Shown here in pieces: positions 19,704-21,721 of a stretch of DNA of 21,721 nt (the stretch's first letter is position 1; every line of letters begins with the position of its first letter). Both the position numbers and the translations under genes were made by a program. Under the pieces are notes generated by a model. It was not told where the DNA came from and did not search any database. It saw only the letters and a list, made by a program, of their open reading frames with translations. The stretch is taken from the NCBI GenBank assembly GCA_000004985.1, contig GG738954.1; one strand, given 5' to 3'. Source of the stretch: Naegleria gruberi (lineage: Eukaryota).

Positions 19704-21721
19704 ATGGAGCCATCATCGATAGGGGGAGGATCATCAGTTTCAGGCTCCACACAAACATCCAATGCCTCTTCAAGTTCCTTGTCTGGAAACATCTTTAGAA
19801 CAGTTAATGAATTTCTCACAAATTTGTACATGTCGGGAAAGTTGAGAATGAATGGTTTAACGAGACAATATACATCAATGAATAGCAGTTTGTTAGGTGC
19901 TGGTGTTTCTAGTGCTGGATTTTATGAGAGCTTTAATAGGAAACCTTCGTGGAATGTAAGGTTGTGCAGAGGTTTACTGTTTGTCTGGTTTTTGTATATC
20001 ATGTGGATTGGAGTGTGGTTACCTGGATTAACTTCTCATCAGGATTATTCACAAATATATTCTTCATCATCTTCTGTTTCATCATCAAGCAATTCAGGAA
20101 ATCAAACGAGTAGTATAGTAAATAATGAATTTAACACTTCACCGTTTGGATTTGAAGGAGGATGGGTATTTAGAGTATTGAATTATCCACTCACTTTATC
20201 AACAGATGCCATTCCTTATGAGGGAATAATTGCCTTGTCTGTCCTATTTACATTGATTTCATTGGTGAATATTATCTTGATGATTATTGGAATGAAGAAG
20301 AGATATGGAAATGTTTACAAATTCTTGGATAAAGTGGCGATGTGTTGGGGAATGATTGTATTATTCAGTGGACCAGTTGCCTTGTTTATTATGAGCAGTT
20401 TTATTGATTGTAATCCAAATATTAGGATTGAAATTGAGAATCAGACAGCAAGTGTTTCTGGATTGTCAAGATTTCCAACAGTTCAGTGCTATTCAGCTGA
20501 TAATATAGTATTACTAGTTCTGAGTTTGATTGGAATGATGATTACATTTGTGAGTTGGGGTTTCTCTGTGTTTTTATTGCCAATCAATACACCCAATGTT
20601 GGAATTCCTTTTGTGACGAAGGATAACTTTATATTGGCACCAACCATTTGCACGATAGGATTGGAATTGTTAATCATGTTCTTGATTCCACCGAATTTCA
20701 TGATGGGGAGAGCGATTGTTCATCTCATTTTGACATTTATCAACATTCCACTCATCATTTACAGTTTACCATTTTATCATCGAATGATGAATTCACTCTA
20801 TTTTGGAATTGTTTGTGCAAGATTTGGAGTGAGTATTGGAGTATTGATTAGCTCATTGGTCAATTTAAATCTGTTGAGTGATTTGGGACTTGGAATGATG
20901 GGATTGAGTATTGGATTGGGAATTCTATTTTTCATTCTTGCTTTTACTGCTTTGGAGATTTACACGCTCGTTGTTTGCAGACAAATAAGAAATATTTTCA
21001 AAACCAAGATTAGTGCCTGTGAAATAACTGAGAGCAGAGCAGATTTATCCCTGTACAACATTATTGAAAGAGAGGCAGTTTCCATTTTCATTGTTTGTGA
21101 ACAATTATCTCTGAGACACTTGATGTTGTTTTTACAATTTTCAATTGGGAAAAATGTGAAACATCACTCCCCCGATCATTACGGTGTGACTATTGTCAGT
21201 GATCCATTGATGGCTATTGCTTTTGTGAAATCCATTTCTCAGCAGAAATCCTTCCTTAATACTGAAATGTTGCTCATTTCAAGTGTTTTGGTCAACTACA
21301 TTTGGCAAGATGATCACAGATCTCAATTTGCAAATTATCTACTAGCAAAGGCTCTTAAACATTGTCATCAAACTTTAAAGAGAGTTCTTATCACTGAAAA
21401 ACAAAAAGAAATTGAAATTACACTCAACGAGCTAACCAAGACAAATATGGAAGTAAGAAACACAATTACAGAATTAGAAATAACCCTTGCTGAGCTTCGA
21501 ATTGTTCATAAATCATTCTGGAAGGAAATGTTGAACGATATTCCAAACGAAACCAAACTTTCACAAATTAATAGCAGAGCTTCTGTCCTAACACTATTCT
21601 GTGACCAGAATTTCCTCAATCTTACCAAAGCTCACAGTCACGATAAGACAGTGATACGTTTTTATGCGTCCTACCTTGAGGAATTCAAATTCGATAAGGA
21701 ACTATCTACTTCATTGTTTGA
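19704..21721 (+). CDS. copy 3: membrane-sensor adenylyl cyclase paralog, 5' complete (ATG 19704..19706), open to the window end (3' partial). N-terminal Ser-rich segment, then the 8-TM block, then the start of the coiled-coil region.
   Basis: Translated codon by codon from 19704 to 21721 in frame (positions divisible by 3) with no stop. It is missing from the supplied ORF track, apparently because that track requires a terminal stop. About 97-98% nucleotide identity to copy 2 over 20785..21721 versus 15058..15994 (about 22 mismatches in about 940 nt). N-terminal TM block 93-95% identical to copy 1. ORF 20648..20851 (+) and ORF 20489..20701 (-) are off-frame or antisense and are rejected. Confidence 0.8.
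   Translation, partial: MEPSSIGGGSSVSGSTQTSNASSSSLSGNIFRTVNEFLTNLYMSGKLRMNGLTRQYTSMNSSLLGAGVSSAGFYESFNRKPSWNVRLCRGLLFVWFLYIMWIGVWLPGLTSHQDYSQIYSSSSSVSSSSNSGNQTSSIVNNEFNTSPFGFEGGWVFRVLNYPLTLSTDAIPYEGIIALSVLFTLISLVNIILMIIGMKKRYGNVYKFLDKVAMCWGMIVLFSGPVALFIMSSFIDCNPNIRIEIENQTASVSGLSRFPTVQCYSADNIVLLVLSLIGMMITFVSWGFSVFLLPINTPNVGIPFVTKDNFILAPTICTIGLELLIMFLIPPNFMMGRAIVHLILTFINIPLIIYSLPFYHRMMNSLYFGIVCARFGVSIGVLISSLVNLNLLSDLGLGMMGLSIGLGILFFILAFTALEIYTLVVCRQIRNIFKTKISACEITESRADLSLYNIIEREAVSIFIVCEQLSLRHLMLFLQFSIGKNVKHHSPDHYGVTIVSDPLMAIAFVKSISQQKSFLNTEMLLISSVLVNYIWQDDHRSQFANYLLAKALKHCHQTLKRVLITEKQKEIEITLNELTKTNMEVRNTITELEITLAELRIVHKSFWKEMLNDIPNETKLSQINSRASVLTLFCDQNFLNLTKAHSHDKTVIRFYASYLEEFKFDKELSTSLF

Larger units (their letters stand above)
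11332..21721 (+). repeat. head-to-tail tandem array of at least three paralogous giant cyclase gene units; about 5.7-kb periodicity between copies 2 and 3
   Basis: Homologous positions: 12341 (copy 1), 15058 (copy 2), 20785 (copy 3). The copy 2 to copy 3 offset is 5727 nt. All copies are on the plus strand, with short (about 0.5 kb) intergenic regions (19207..19703). Confidence 0.85.

Noticed and set aside
20640-20670. TICTIG[LF]E motif in the N-terminal TM block, which superficially resembles a K-channel selectivity filter (T-[VI]-G-Y-G)
   Set aside because: There is no GYG/GFG triplet, no pore-helix context and no S4-like charged helix. The Paramecium/Plasmodium-style channel-cyclase fusion idea is not supported.
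11271-20701. Short minus-strand ORFs inside the cyclase genes (11271..11504, 12045..12233, 12610..12876, 13219..13458, 16536..16718, 18162..18353, 18950..19147, 20489..20701) and the off-frame plus-strand ORFs 15938..16174 and 20648..20851
   Set aside because: Antisense or off-frame overlaps of long, conserved sense ORFs, and none exceeds 90 aa. ORF 20648..20851 is simply the +1 reading of the same bases that are frameshifted in copy 1.
1-21721. Prokaryotic-style features: operons, RBS, CRISPR, defence islands, IS elements
   Set aside because: The window is eukaryotic (GTAAGT introns, AATAAA signals, intronic completion of an EF-hand, nuclear-type regulator). No direct-repeat/spacer arrays, no transposase or integrase ORFs, and no TIRs were seen.

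Overview
This window is eukaryotic nuclear DNA, not prokaryotic. It is AT-rich (roughly one third GC by eye), has short GTAAGT introns and AATAAA-type 3' signals, and contains three runs of N (1457..5267, 7677..10405, 14888..15050) that are scaffold gaps. The six-frame ORFs running through the N runs are artefacts.

Gene content, left to right:
- 1..822 (+): the 3' part of a multi-pass membrane protein gene, split by a 48-nt intron (529..576).
- 889..1263 (-): a small hypothetical gene.
- 5268..6146 (+): the 3' part of a gene encoding a permuted papain-fold (YiiX/NlpC-P60-like) domain; its 5' end lies in the first gap.
- 6272..7405 (-): an intronless gene for a likely nuclear regulator, with basic NLS-like clusters, an S/T/P-rich repeat region and an acidic/hydrophobic tail.
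- 10406..10627 (+): the last EF-hand of a calcium-binding protein, split by a 131-nt intron that completes the Ca-loop Glu codon.
- 11332..21721 (+): a head-to-tail tandem array of at least three paralogous giant genes. Each encodes an N-terminal 8-TM block, a coiled coil, two large loops bracketed by further TM helices, a PAS domain and a C-terminal class III nucleotidyl-cyclase domain. The specificity residues (Lys and Asp) predict adenylyl cyclase.

What is unusual about the array:
- Copy 1 carries a 1-bp frameshift near 12294.
- Copy 1 is joined across a 163-N gap (14888..15050) to the middle of copy 2, which looks like an assembly collapse or a chimera.
- Copies 2 and 3 are about 97-98% identical at nucleotide level.
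- Copy 1 is mosaic: near-identical tracts alternate with strongly diverged tracts, pointing to gene conversion among tandem paralogs.
- The provided ORF track omits the open-ended copy 3 ORF (19704 to the window end, no stop codon inside the window).

The source organism cannot be identified from sequence alone. Low-intron, AT-rich, cyclase-expanded protists (a Naegleria-like amoeboflagellate, for example) or early-diverging fungi are plausible guesses.
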